NCBI GenBank assembly: GCA_035381305.1
Contig: DAOSYK010000005.1
Location: forward strand, 9,534-73,533
DNA length: 64,000 nucleotides
Direction of reading: 5' to 3'
From: Clostridia bacterium
GTDB lineage: Bacteria > Bacillota > Clostridia > Christensenellales > DTU072
Shown here: positions 48,515 to 56,597 of the stretch, in pieces
Numbering within the stretch: the first letter of the stretch is position 1
Layout of the letters: each line of letters begins with the position of its first letter
The notes under the pieces: model-generated
Told to the model about the DNA's origin: nothing
The model's database searches: none
The model's input: the letters and a program-made list of their open reading frames with translations, nothing else
Translations under genes and position numbers: made by a program

Positions 48515-50149
48515 ATGCAATTATTGACTGCGCCCCAGGTATGGGCGGAATACAACGCCGAACAATATGACCTCAGTGTCAAGCTTCTTTCCGAGTCGGA
48601 AAGACGCAAGACTTTTTCCTATGTCGCAGATAAAGCGTCGGACGGCGATATTGTCGTTCAGATCGACGTTTACAATCCATCGTATAATTCCAACAAGGTG
48701 CTCCTCTTAATAGGCGAATACGAAAAAGCCGTGCAGAAAGAGGTCATAGCCGACCTCGTAAAGCGCGGATACGTCGTGTGCGTGCCCGATTACAGCGGAA
48801 TTGCTGACGGCACAGCCACCTCTTTCCCGCCCAGCCGCGAGTACGGCTACTATGCTAAAGCCGGCGACCATATTAAAAAGGTGTGCCCCACCGCCCTTGA
48901 CACAAGCCAATACCTTTACGCGGTCAACATCAGGCGGGCGATATCTTTTATAATAAGTCACCTCGACAAAAAAGAAATAATAACGGTGGGCTTCGGACTT
49001 GGCGTGGAAGTAGCCATACAGGCCGCCGCCGAGGACAAGCGCCCGATAGCGCTTGCGTGCATAAACGGCGCGAGCTATCTTGAATACGTCAGACACAACA
49101 AGTACGGCACCGACAAGGAAATGGCGATTGACGACGAGCTTATGAGCTGGCTTACGGGCGTGAGCAGCATAGCGTACGCAAAGCACCTCAATATGCCTGT
49201 ATTGTTTGCCGTGGGCAGCAACGGGACCAAGAGCGACATCGACAGGCTGTCCAATATCTACAACCTTTTGCCCCACGACGACGTCAGAATCGTCATAAGC
49301 CCGGGATATATCGATAATATCGACAACAGGGCGTATAACACCGTAGTCGCCTGGCTGGAGAGCCATTTTGTTTACAGCACGTTGCCCAATCTTCCCACGC
49401 TGACGGTAAACGTCAATAAAGAGGGCGCGATTTACGCCGATATAAAGCTTGACAGCATAATCAAGGTAGAGGAAGTCAAGGTCTACTTTTCTTACGGCGA
49501 TTATAACCACGCTACGAGGTACTGGGAAGAAGTCCCAGGCGAATCGGTGGGCATCGACAGCTATATCGCAAAACTGGAAGTGAGCGAAGCCGATGTGCCG
49601 CTGTTTGCCTTTGCCGAAATAAGGTACAAAAACAACCTCACTTTGACCAGCATTCCGTTTTATCAGAACCTCAGCAATCACAAAGTGAAGAGCTCGAGAT
49701 ACAAACTTACACCTATAGTATTTCAGCACTCCACAGAGGAAGGGGAGTTTACCGAGATAAGCGAAAACGCCGTACTCTTGACAAGCAGTCTTGTCGAGAG
49801 CGCAATCCCGATAGGCTTAAAAGGTCTTAAGTGCGAAAACGGCGGCATGGTATGCTTTGCTATCGGCACAAAGAAGAATATCTCCAAGGACAAAATTCTG
49901 CAGGTGGACACCTATAGCGACGAGGACGAATACGAACTGAGCGTAACTCTCATCACGGGCGGGGAAACCAGTCACGAATACACCGCTGTAAGAGAGATTG
50001 AGGTGGACGCCGAGACATTTGTCAGCGAAAGATTTGTCGCAAATGATTTTAAGGACGAGAAGTTCAGACCGCTTGACGACTGGTCTCTTGTCAAAGGCAT
50101 AAGAATCAATAATCCCGGGATAATCGTCGGGAAAATCATGTATATTTAG
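48515..50149 (+). CDS. hypothetical protein, possible alpha/beta-hydrolase-like N-terminal domain
   Basis: 544 aa, no signal peptide. The N-terminal half resembles esterase/dienelactone-hydrolase folds, but the nucleophile-elbow position reads GFGLG (no Ser). Weak RBS. Confidence 0.5.
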   Translation: MQLLTAPQVWAEYNAEQYDLSVKLLSESERRKTFSYVADKASDGDIVVQIDVYNPSYNSNKVLLLIGEYEKAVQKEVIADLVKRGYVVCVPDYSGIADGTATSFPPSREYGYYAKAGDHIKKVCPTALDTSQYLYAVNIRRAISFIISHLDKKEIITVGFGLGVEVAIQAAAEDKRPIALACINGASYLEYVRHNKYGTDKEMAIDDELMSWLTGVSSIAYAKHLNMPVLFAVGSNGTKSDIDRLSNIYNLLPHDDVRIVISPGYIDNIDNRAYNTVVAWLESHFVYSTLPNLPTLTVNVNKEGAIYADIKLDSIIKVEEVKVYFSYGDYNHATRYWEEVPGESVGIDSYIAKLEVSEADVPLFAFAEIRYKNNLTLTSIPFYQNLSNHKVKSSRYKLTPIVFQHSTEEGEFTEISENAVLLTSSLVESAIPIGLKGLKCENGGMVCFAIGTKKNISKDKILQVDTYSDEDEYELSVTLITGGETSHEYTAVREIEVDAETFVSERFVANDFKDEKFRPLDDWSLVKGIRINNPGIIVGKIMYI

Positions 50150-50156
50150 GAGCGCG

Positions 50157-50681
50157 ATGAACAACAAAACCCTTCGCGGCACAATAATACTTGTTTTGGT
50201 CTGCATTATCGTAATGGGTGCCAGTTTCTACATCAGCCGCAATCTGCTGGTGGTCTTCCCCGTGGACGGCGAAAGCATGGAGCCGACGCTTCACTCTGGC
50301 GAAAACGTGCTGCTTTTCCGCACAAAACGTTTGAAATACGATGACATAATAGTCTTTTATGTGCCCAACGAGAACAGGTATCTCGTCAAGAGGGTCATCG
50401 GCCTTGCGGGCGACGAGATTTCGGTACGGTATGACTATCAGAACGAGTGTTACCACGTCTACCGAAACGGCGAAATGGTAAGCGAGGACTACCTGAGCGA
50501 GCCAATGAACGGGTCGTACGAAACCATGACTCTGACCGTTCCCCACGACAAGATTTTCTTCTTGGGGGACAACCGCAACAACTCCTACGACAGCCACGTA
50601 AACGGCATGCTTGCCGAAGTGTCCGAAGTGCAGGGAGTGGCTTTTATTGTCTATAAGGGATACAGGTTCCGATTTCTTTGA
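50157..50681 (+). CDS. lepB: signal peptidase I
   Basis: N-terminal TM, VDGESMEPTL (catalytic Ser), VKRVIGLAGDEI (Lys box), GDNRNNSYDS. Confidence 0.92.
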   Translation: MNNKTLRGTIILVLVCIIVMGASFYISRNLLVVFPVDGESMEPTLHSGENVLLFRTKRLKYDDIIVFYVPNENRYLVKRVIGLAGDEISVRYDYQNECYHVYRNGEMVSEDYLSEPMNGSYETMTLTVPHDKIFFLGDNRNNSYDSHVNGMLAEVSEVQGVAFIVYKGYRFRFL

Positions 50682-50690
50682 TAAAGGCGG

Positions 50691-50718
50691 GAGCTGTCCT
50701 GAACGGACAGCTCTTTTT
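50691..50718 (+). terminator. terminator after lepB
   Basis: gagctgtcc / ggacagctc 9-bp stem, loop tgaac, then TTTTT. Confidence 0.8.
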
Positions 50719-50816
50719 AATGTTAAATTAGACAAGAACATCAATTTTGTGATAAAATTAAAAAAACATTATTTTTTCTGAAAACACTATTGTCTTATGA
50801 TGCGAGGTAGGGGGAT

Positions 50817-52199
50817 ATGCATTTTGAAAGAACATGGCCGTTTCTCATACTGGGGTTACTGTTTCAGTTATTCATGCAGATATCGTGTATTTCCAAGGCT
50901 ATAAGAGAAGAAAAGCGAAAATCCTTTCGCGCCCTGTATATCTCGTCTGTCGCCGTTTTCGGTCTGGCAGCAGTTGCACTGCACCTTTTCCGAGCCAGGA
51001 AAATTCAGTCACGGAATAGCGATTCGGAAAACGACAGGGCAGACAATTCTACAAATAAGGGCATTTTTTTCCTGCTTGTGATCGCTTATCAGGTCATGGG
51101 GCTTCATTTATTGGCGGAGAATGCCGAAACTGATATGTTTGTTCCATTGATATTGCTCGTATCAGCGTCTTTTTTGATAATGCTTCTGTATAATGTGCTA
51201 CCCGAAAAAAAAGCCGCAACAGTCGGAATGCTGTTGCCGATACTGCAGATGATTCTGTGCATTCCGATCCAATATCTGGATGTTTCGGGAGATAATTTGT
51301 TTCTTTCAATCATCGCCGGATTCGGCGCAATAAACCGTGCGACGTTATCCAAAGCAAAGGCATACTGGATATGCGGAATGGGCGCTTATCTTCTGGGCAG
51401 TACGGCAAGAACAATAAATTCAGCCCGTAACGCTGAAATACCCGACCTGGTCAGGTACTTTTTCGTTAATACGATTGTGGTTATGCTTGCCTTGCTTGCT
51501 TTTTACACCTTGAAAAAGCAGATGATTATAGGCGAAAAGTTAAAAGAAGCTCTCCGAACGGTAAACGAACAATCGGAGAAATTGAAGAATCTGGCAGTAG
51601 TGGAGGAAAGGAATCGTATTGCCGCCGAGATGCACGATACTGTCGGCCATACCCTGACGGCGGCTGTTCTTACATTGGAAGCCGCCGAAGGACTCGTTTC
51701 GGAGGAGCGGGCGGCGCAAATTGTCCGTCAAGGCAAAGAACAAGTTAAACGAGGCCTTTCGGAGCTCCGTGATTCCGTAAAAATGGTTCGGGCGGGCAAT
51801 GCGCCCGACTTTGCCGCTGTTCTTGAATGCCTTTTGCGGGAAATCCGCTCCGACATCGGTCTTGATATTAATCTTTGTATGGAATCACCAATCATTTTGC
51901 CCCCGCTTCAGGCAGGAATACTGCTTTCGGCGGTAAAAGAATGCACAACAAATGCCATAAGGCATGGACAGGCGACGCATGCGGACATCCTGATCGGCGA
52001 GCATAACGGACAGATAAGACTGACTTTCACCGACAACGGGAGAGGGGCAGAGGTTATTAAGCCGGGCTCGGGACTGTCAATTATGAGAGAGCGGTTGCAG
52101 AGCGTAGGCGGGACTCTGGAAACAGAAAGCGCGCCGCAAGAAGGGGTTACCGTAATCCTTAGTATACCTGCGGTGCAAAATAAGGAGGATGAGCAATGA
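50817..52199 (+). CDS. sensor histidine kinase (HisKA_3 / NarL-partner type), polytopic
   Basis: About 6-8 N-terminal TMs. H-box EERNRIAAEMHDTVGHTL. ATPase motifs NAIRHG and FTDNGRGA. Confidence 0.88.
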   Translation: MHFERTWPFLILGLLFQLFMQISCISKAIREEKRKSFRALYISSVAVFGLAAVALHLFRARKIQSRNSDSENDRADNSTNKGIFFLLVIAYQVMGLHLLAENAETDMFVPLILLVSASFLIMLLYNVLPEKKAATVGMLLPILQMILCIPIQYLDVSGDNLFLSIIAGFGAINRATLSKAKAYWICGMGAYLLGSTARTINSARNAEIPDLVRYFFVNTIVVMLALLAFYTLKKQMIIGEKLKEALRTVNEQSEKLKNLAVVEERNRIAAEMHDTVGHTLTAAVLTLEAAEGLVSEERAAQIVRQGKEQVKRGLSELRDSVKMVRAGNAPDFAAVLECLLREIRSDIGLDINLCMESPIILPPLQAGILLSAVKECTTNAIRHGQATHADILIGEHNGQIRLTFTDNGRGAEVIKPGSGLSIMRERLQSVGGTLETESAPQEGVTVILSIPAVQNKEDEQ

Positions 52200-52831
52200 A
52201 TCAAATTACCGTTTTGTTGGCGGACGATCATAAAATTATACGCGACGGGTTACGCGTATTGCTGGAAGCCAATCCCGATATACGTGTGGTTGCGGAAGCA
52301 AAAAACGGCATGGAAGCCTATGAACAAACGAAGATCCATCATCCGCAGGTTGTGCTTATGGATATCAGGATGCCGCAAATGGGGGGAGTGGAAGCTACTC
52401 GGCTAATCAAAAGGGATTTTCCCGATACGACGGTCCTGATATTGACCACGTTTGACGATGACGAATCCATTCTCGGCGCAATCACAAACGGCGCTTCGGG
52501 ATATCTTCTTAAAGATATCAGCGGGATTAAGCTGGGCGAAGCCATCCGGGAAACCGCGCAGGGAAACGTCATATTGCCCGTAAACATCGCCGCAAAAATC
52601 ACAAAACATATCAACAGGCAAGGCAGAGCGGGATTATCGCTTGAAGATTTTACACAGCGCGAACAGGAGATAATTCGTTTGATGATGCATGGTAAAAGCA
52701 ATAAGGAAATTGCCGAAACGCTTTTTCTGACTGTGGGCACTGTCAAGAACTATGTCAGTCAAATCTACAGCAAAGCAGGGATACAAGACAGAGCGAATGC
52801 CTTATTGTATTTCAGACAATTAGGGTTTTGA
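52196..52831 (+). CDS. NarL/LuxR-family response regulator
   Basis: 4-nt overlap with the kinase gene. LLADDH..DIRMP receiver domain. HTH REQEIIRLMMHGKSNKEIAETLFLTVGTVKNYVSQIYSK. Confidence 0.92.
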   Translation: MNQITVLLADDHKIIRDGLRVLLEANPDIRVVAEAKNGMEAYEQTKIHHPQVVLMDIRMPQMGGVEATRLIKRDFPDTTVLILTTFDDDESILGAITNGASGYLLKDISGIKLGEAIRETAQGNVILPVNIAAKITKHINRQGRAGLSLEDFTQREQEIIRLMMHGKSNKEIAETLFLTVGTVKNYVSQIYSKAGIQDRANALLYFRQLGF

Positions 52832-52844
52832 GTTGATGTCGGCA

Positions 52845-52868
52845 GGAGCTAAAGGCTCCCGTTTTTTT
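52845..52868 (+). terminator. weak terminator after response regulator
   Basis: ggagc / gctcc 5-bp stem followed by CGTTTTTTT. The stem is short. Confidence 0.4.
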
Positions 52869-52934
52869 AGTACCTAAAATATGACCGGGGTAACTTATCA
52901 TATTACCGATTTGTATAATATCATTATAATGGGT

Positions 52935-52954
52935 CAACGGATCGGCATCCGTTG
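52935..52954. promoter_or_regulatory. 8-bp perfect palindrome (candidate operator) downstream of TATAAT boxes
   Basis: caacggat cggc atccgttg, directly after TATAAT at 52925-52930 (another TATAAT lies at 52914-52919). A second palindrome, atctct-n5-agagat, is at 52962-52978. Confidence 0.3.
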
Positions 52955-53001
52955 CGTTAACATCTCTTGAATAGAGATCTAATGAAGGGAATTGGAATTA
53001 T

Positions 53002-53181
53002 ATGAAAAAAAGGAGAACGGCGGATTTTTTGAATATCGGAACGTCTATAGGTTTAGGCGCTGCCTTAGGTATTGTGCTGGGCGCGTTATTGAATGATATC
53101 GTTTTGTGGCTCTGCACAGGAGCGGGGCTTGGCGCGGTGTTCGGAGCCGTTTTTTCGACCGAAAAACCGCGGGATAATTGA
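53002..53181 (+). CDS. 59-aa glycine-zipper small membrane protein
   Basis: Below the ORF-track cutoff. MKKRRTADFLNIGTSIGLGAALGIVLGALLNDIVLWLCTGAGLGAVFGAVFSTEKPRDN has two GxxxG-rich hydrophobic helices. Ends 15 nt before the hydrolase gene. Confidence 0.5.
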   Translation: MKKRRTADFLNIGTSIGLGAALGIVLGALLNDIVLWLCTGAGLGAVFGAVFSTEKPRDN

Positions 53182-53196
53182 TTTTGAGGTCTGTGT

Positions 53197-54684
53197 ATGA
53201 AGAAATCGGAAATCTTCGGAGGCCGTAAAATGTTGTTATGGTTTGTTCTTATATTCATCATAATCAGTTTGCTTATTGCGTTGCTTTCGGGTAGTCTGCA
53301 ATTCGGGCGTAATATGCGTACCGGCGTGCCGACGGAAGAATTTGCATCGCATATGGACGAGCGAATTCCCGCCCTTATTAAGCACTACAAAATCCCCGGC
53401 TGCAGTATAGCGATTGTGAAAGGCGGCGAAATCGTATGGACTCAAAGCTACGGTTATGCCGACATCGCAAGCGGAAGAAAGTTAACTGTCGATACGCCCA
53501 TGAGCGTTCAATCCATAACCAAATCCGTTACGTCATGGGGAGTTATGCGCCTCGCGGAAAAGGGTCTCATTGACCTGAATGCCCCTGCATCGCAGTATCT
53601 TAACAGCTGGCAATTCCCGAAGGCAGATTATCCGTCGGAAAAAATTACGGTTCGCCAGCTGTTAAGCCACACTGCGGGGATGCCTTTAGGGGACTTCACC
53701 AAAATGTATTCCCCCGCGCAGGAGAAACCCTCAAATAGGAATGCAATGAGCGAAGAAGCGGTGCTTATGCGTGAACCCGGGACAAAATTTTCCTATTCCA
53801 ACATAGGCTATAACATATTGGAGATATTGATTGAGGATGTCACGGGGCAAAGCTTTTCGGAATATATACGAAACGAAGTCTTGCTCCCGCTGGGAATGGA
53901 AAACTCCTTTTTTGATATAGAAAGGGATACAACACCCTATCCGCCTACCGGGTATAATCTCAAAGGGGAGGCGGTTCCCGTTTATGTTTATCCCTCAAAA
54001 GGGTCGGGCGGACTGTTTTCAACGGCCGAGGATATCGCACGTTTTGCTGCGGCGGGAATGAAGGAAAATTCCGTCCTAAGCAGAGAAAGCATTAATCGTA
54101 TGTATCAATCAGAATGTACAAAAATCGGCGTTTACGGATTGATATTTGACGGATATGGATTCGGTCACTATGTAGAAAAACTGCACAACGGCGCACTCTC
54201 GGTTTCTCACGGCGGTCAGGGCAACGGCATTATGACGCATTTGCAGGCTGTGCCGGAGACAGGCGATGCCATCGTGATTCTCACAAACAGTCAACGGAGC
54301 TGGCCATTTATTGCCTATGTTTTAAGCGATTGGGCGAAATGGAGGGACTTTCATTCTGTGGGCATGGGGAAGATTATTTGGGGACGCTATGGGCTGAGCG
54401 CAACGGTCGGAATGGTGATTTCGGCCGCTCTCTTTGCGGTGTTAAGGCTGATTCTGGCATTTTATCGTCAAAAGAGAACGGGATTCCGACTGCTTCGGGT
54501 CCTTGCCGCAATTATTATTCTGGTAATTCTTATCTGGTGCGCTTGTCAGAAATACTTATTCATCACTGCGGTTTTTCCCATTCTGTCTACGTGGCTCTGG
54601 GGCGCGGGGCTTGCGCTTTCTGCGGTGCTGCTGTTGTCTGCGGTAATACCCACCTGGCCGAAAAAGAAAGATAAATTCAAATAA
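53197..54684 (+). CDS. membrane-anchored serine hydrolase (class C beta-lactamase / PBP4*-like fold)
   Basis: N-terminal TM. SxxK motif SVQSITKSV. YSN motif (FSYSNIGYN). HGG (SHGGQGNG) in place of KTG. About 4 C-terminal TM helices. Confidence 0.8.
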   Translation: MKKSEIFGGRKMLLWFVLIFIIISLLIALLSGSLQFGRNMRTGVPTEEFASHMDERIPALIKHYKIPGCSIAIVKGGEIVWTQSYGYADIASGRKLTVDTPMSVQSITKSVTSWGVMRLAEKGLIDLNAPASQYLNSWQFPKADYPSEKITVRQLLSHTAGMPLGDFTKMYSPAQEKPSNRNAMSEEAVLMREPGTKFSYSNIGYNILEILIEDVTGQSFSEYIRNEVLLPLGMENSFFDIERDTTPYPPTGYNLKGEAVPVYVYPSKGSGGLFSTAEDIARFAAAGMKENSVLSRESINRMYQSECTKIGVYGLIFDGYGFGHYVEKLHNGALSVSHGGQGNGIMTHLQAVPETGDAIVILTNSQRSWPFIAYVLSDWAKWRDFHSVGMGKIIWGRYGLSATVGMVISAALFAVLRLILAFYRQKRTGFRLLRVLAAIIILVILIWCACQKYLFITAVFPILSTWLWGAGLALSAVLLLSAVIPTWPKKKDKFK

Positions 54685-54714
54685 TGTTAAAAGAACTATC
54701 AGGAGATTTCATTT

Positions 54715-55140
54715 ATGAATCATGTTGTTTATCTTGAAGGCAAAGAAAAGGAACTCGACAAACTGAGAAGCGGGCAAAAAAGTATGATTATACGGGGCGC
54801 GGCGGGAAGGAAACTTCCGCATGGGCGGGTTTTCCCCGGGGAGGTTTTGTGGTTTGTCGAAAACGGCGGAAAGGGGATGGTGCAAGGTTGCGCAACGGTA
54901 AAAAAAGTGTACAATTCGGAAAAATTGACCGAAGATGAAAGCCGTAAGATTATAGCCGATAATCAGGCAAAGCTCTGCCTTACCGATAATCAGATTAAGA
55001 GATGGGGGAGCAAACGCTATCTGGTGCTTATTGAGGTTGAAAATTATAAGGATATTACGCCTTTTGCAATTGATCGAAGCGATTACGGCAACATGGACGA
55101 CTGGCTTCCCGCTGAGGATATGGAGAGCATAAAAAAATGA
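54715..55140 (+). CDS. ASCH-domain-like protein
   Basis: 141 aa. LRSGQKSMIIRGAAGRK..GEVLWFVENGG pattern resembles ASCH/PUA-like beta barrels, from memory only. Confidence 0.5.
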   Translation: MNHVVYLEGKEKELDKLRSGQKSMIIRGAAGRKLPHGRVFPGEVLWFVENGGKGMVQGCATVKKVYNSEKLTEDESRKIIADNQAKLCLTDNQIKRWGSKRYLVLIEVENYKDITPFAIDRSDYGNMDDWLPAEDMESIKK

Positions 55141-55170
55141 TATAAAAAAGCGGTGAACGGTTCTAAAAAA

Positions 55171-55206
55171 AGACTGCCCCAAATTGTTGAGGCAGTCTTT
55201 TTTTTG
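55171..55206. terminator. bidirectional terminator between convergent genes
   Basis: agactgcc / ggcagtct stem, 12-nt loop, flanked by AAAAAA upstream and TTTTTTTT downstream. Confidence 0.7.
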
Positions 55207-55255
55207 GCCCTTTATACTCGATAAAGCTCGCCCATATCCTTCTATATAAAAGGTA

Positions 55256-55825
55256 TTATAAAAATAATTTGAGGTCCTCAAGGTTTTGAGTCAGAAGCAC
55301 CATTATTCTGTCGGCAAAGTGATTGTGCGCGTTCATGTCCGAAAGGCTGTTTTGCACCCTCGTTATGCTTATAATGCCCATGTTGATGCCTTGGATCATT
55401 ATCTCGCTGAGTTTGGAGTTTGATTTGTCGGTGAGGGTGTTCATGGCGGTGGAGATAAACATCATCGCCTTGCTGAAAACGCTGTTGGGCTTGATTTCTA
55501 TATTGTGAGTGGCGCAATAAATCTCAATTTCTTTTGCCAGCGCGTTGTATTCGGAATACTGGCGCATGAGAAGATTGCGGAAGCCTCTGTCCTCGCTGAA
55601 GGGGCGAAGGATTTCGATTGAGGACATTCCCACCTTTGCTATTCTGTATATTTCCTGCATGCAGGTCTGTTCGTCCTGCATGGGAGCGCTTAGTTCTTCG
55701 TTGCATTCGTCCAGCACTTTCTGAAGTTTTTCGCTTCTGGAGTTGCACTGACGCTGATTTTGATTTTGCTGCTGATTTTGCTGCTGCTCTTTTTGCCTTC
55801 TCTGCTCTTGTACTTGCTCGGTCAT
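55256..55825 (-). CDS. hypothetical helical protein with Q/N-rich N-terminus
   Basis: GGAGGAAG RBS, then ATG 55825 (MTEQVQEQRRQKEQQQNQQQNQNQRQ..). The remaining ~150 aa look like a helical bundle. Overlaps the 3' part of the yabQ ORF in another frame. Confidence 0.65.
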   Translation of the reverse strand: MTEQVQEQRRQKEQQQNQQQNQNQRQCNSRSEKLQKVLDECNEELSAPMQDEQTCMQEIYRIAKVGMSSIEILRPFSEDRGFRNLLMRQYSEYNALAKEIEIYCATHNIEIKPNSVFSKAMMFISTAMNTLTDKSNSKLSEIMIQGINMGIISITRVQNSLSDMNAHNHFADRIMVLLTQNLEDLKLFL

Positions 55826-56216
55826 ACTTCCTCCTTTTGATTTTATTTTGGATTTTTTCCTTGTAATTATTCCATTTCTGCCGCAAGGCATTTATTTTTT
55901 TGCGGAAAAATAAGGCAAGGGAATCGGCGAATGACCTGAGCGTTTTTTTGGCGAGAAGCCGCAATGCGACAGCCCCGGCGACAAAACAAAACACAGTGAA
56001 AAATTTAATCTGCCCATAGTAGGACGTTTCGGTGATAGCGTAAAAGACAAACCCCGCAAAGCAGACAGAAATAAGGTCGCAAAGATACGCCGCGAGCTTT
56101 GAGGGTATGAGCGTCCTTATGGAGTAAAGAAGTTCATAAAAAAGGTATGCGAGCATACCGCCCGACAAAAACAGCAGACTGATATATGGCTGAAGGTGGG
56201 TGTCGGTTAGGGTCAC
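55524..56216 (-). CDS. yabQ: spore cortex biosynthesis protein YabQ-like (3' extent uncertain)
   Basis: GTG start overlapping the yabP stop (GTGA). Three to four TMs in the first ~95 aa, typical for YabQ. The remaining K/R/A/S-rich tail overlaps the next gene. Confidence 0.6.
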   Translation of the reverse strand: MTLTDTHLQPYISLLFLSGGMLAYLFYELLYSIRTLIPSKLAAYLCDLISVCFAGFVFYAITETSYYGQIKFFTVFCFVAGAVALRLLAKKTLRSFADSLALFFRKKINALRQKWNNYKEKIQNKIKRRKYDRASTRAEKAKRAAAKSAAKSKSASVQLQKRKTSESAGRMQRRTKRSHAGRTDLHAGNIQNSKGGNVLNRNPSPLQRGQRLPQSSHAPVFRIQRAGKRN

Positions 56217-56479
56217 TTGAACAGTCTCTTAACGAGTGACAGCTTTTCCAGCTTGCGGTGATAGACAAGGGAATGAATTTCGCCTGTTATTACCATGAGC
56301 CCCGTCTTTACATTGAGGTCTTCGACGTTTAGTTTTTCGCCTTTTAAGACCATGCTTTTATCTGTCAGGCGGGCGACGATTTCGTTATTTTCAAAGCTGT
56401 CGAGATTGACTACTCCGCTTACGCTTATACGTCCGTTTTCGTATTTAAGTGAGTGGGGAGACTTTACGATATTTTCCAT
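56213..56479 (-). CDS. yabP: sporulation protein YabP
   Basis: 88 aa. ISVSGVVNLDSFENNEIVARLTDKSMVLKGEKLNVEDLNVKTGLMVITGEIHSLVY matches the YabP pattern. GGAGG RBS. Confidence 0.85.
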   Translation of the reverse strand: MENIVKSPHSLKYENGRISVSGVVNLDSFENNEIVARLTDKSMVLKGEKLNVEDLNVKTGLMVITGEIHSLVYHRKLEKLSLVKRLFK

Positions 56480-56597
56480 AGATTTACCTCCTTAAGATTT
56501 TATGCGCACGGAGTTTCGTTTTTGATATATTTTGTATTATAATAAATATGCATTTTGCAAAAACTAAAAATTACCTTTCGTAAAAGGAGGCGTTTTT

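Noticed and set aside
48707-49729. 340-aa minus-strand ORF, and the similar antisense ORFs 43396-43968, 45529-46065, 56571-57599 and 61723-62460.
   Set aside because: Each is antisense to a longer + strand ORF that has recognisable motifs or clear membrane or secreted-protein features. They have shadow-ORF composition.
52998-53261. 87-aa minus-strand ORF in the gap between the response regulator and the hydrolase gene.
   Set aside because: It overlaps the start of the hydrolase gene and the + strand 59-aa glycine-zipper ORF, which has the more protein-like two-helix sequence. The minus ORF has no RBS.
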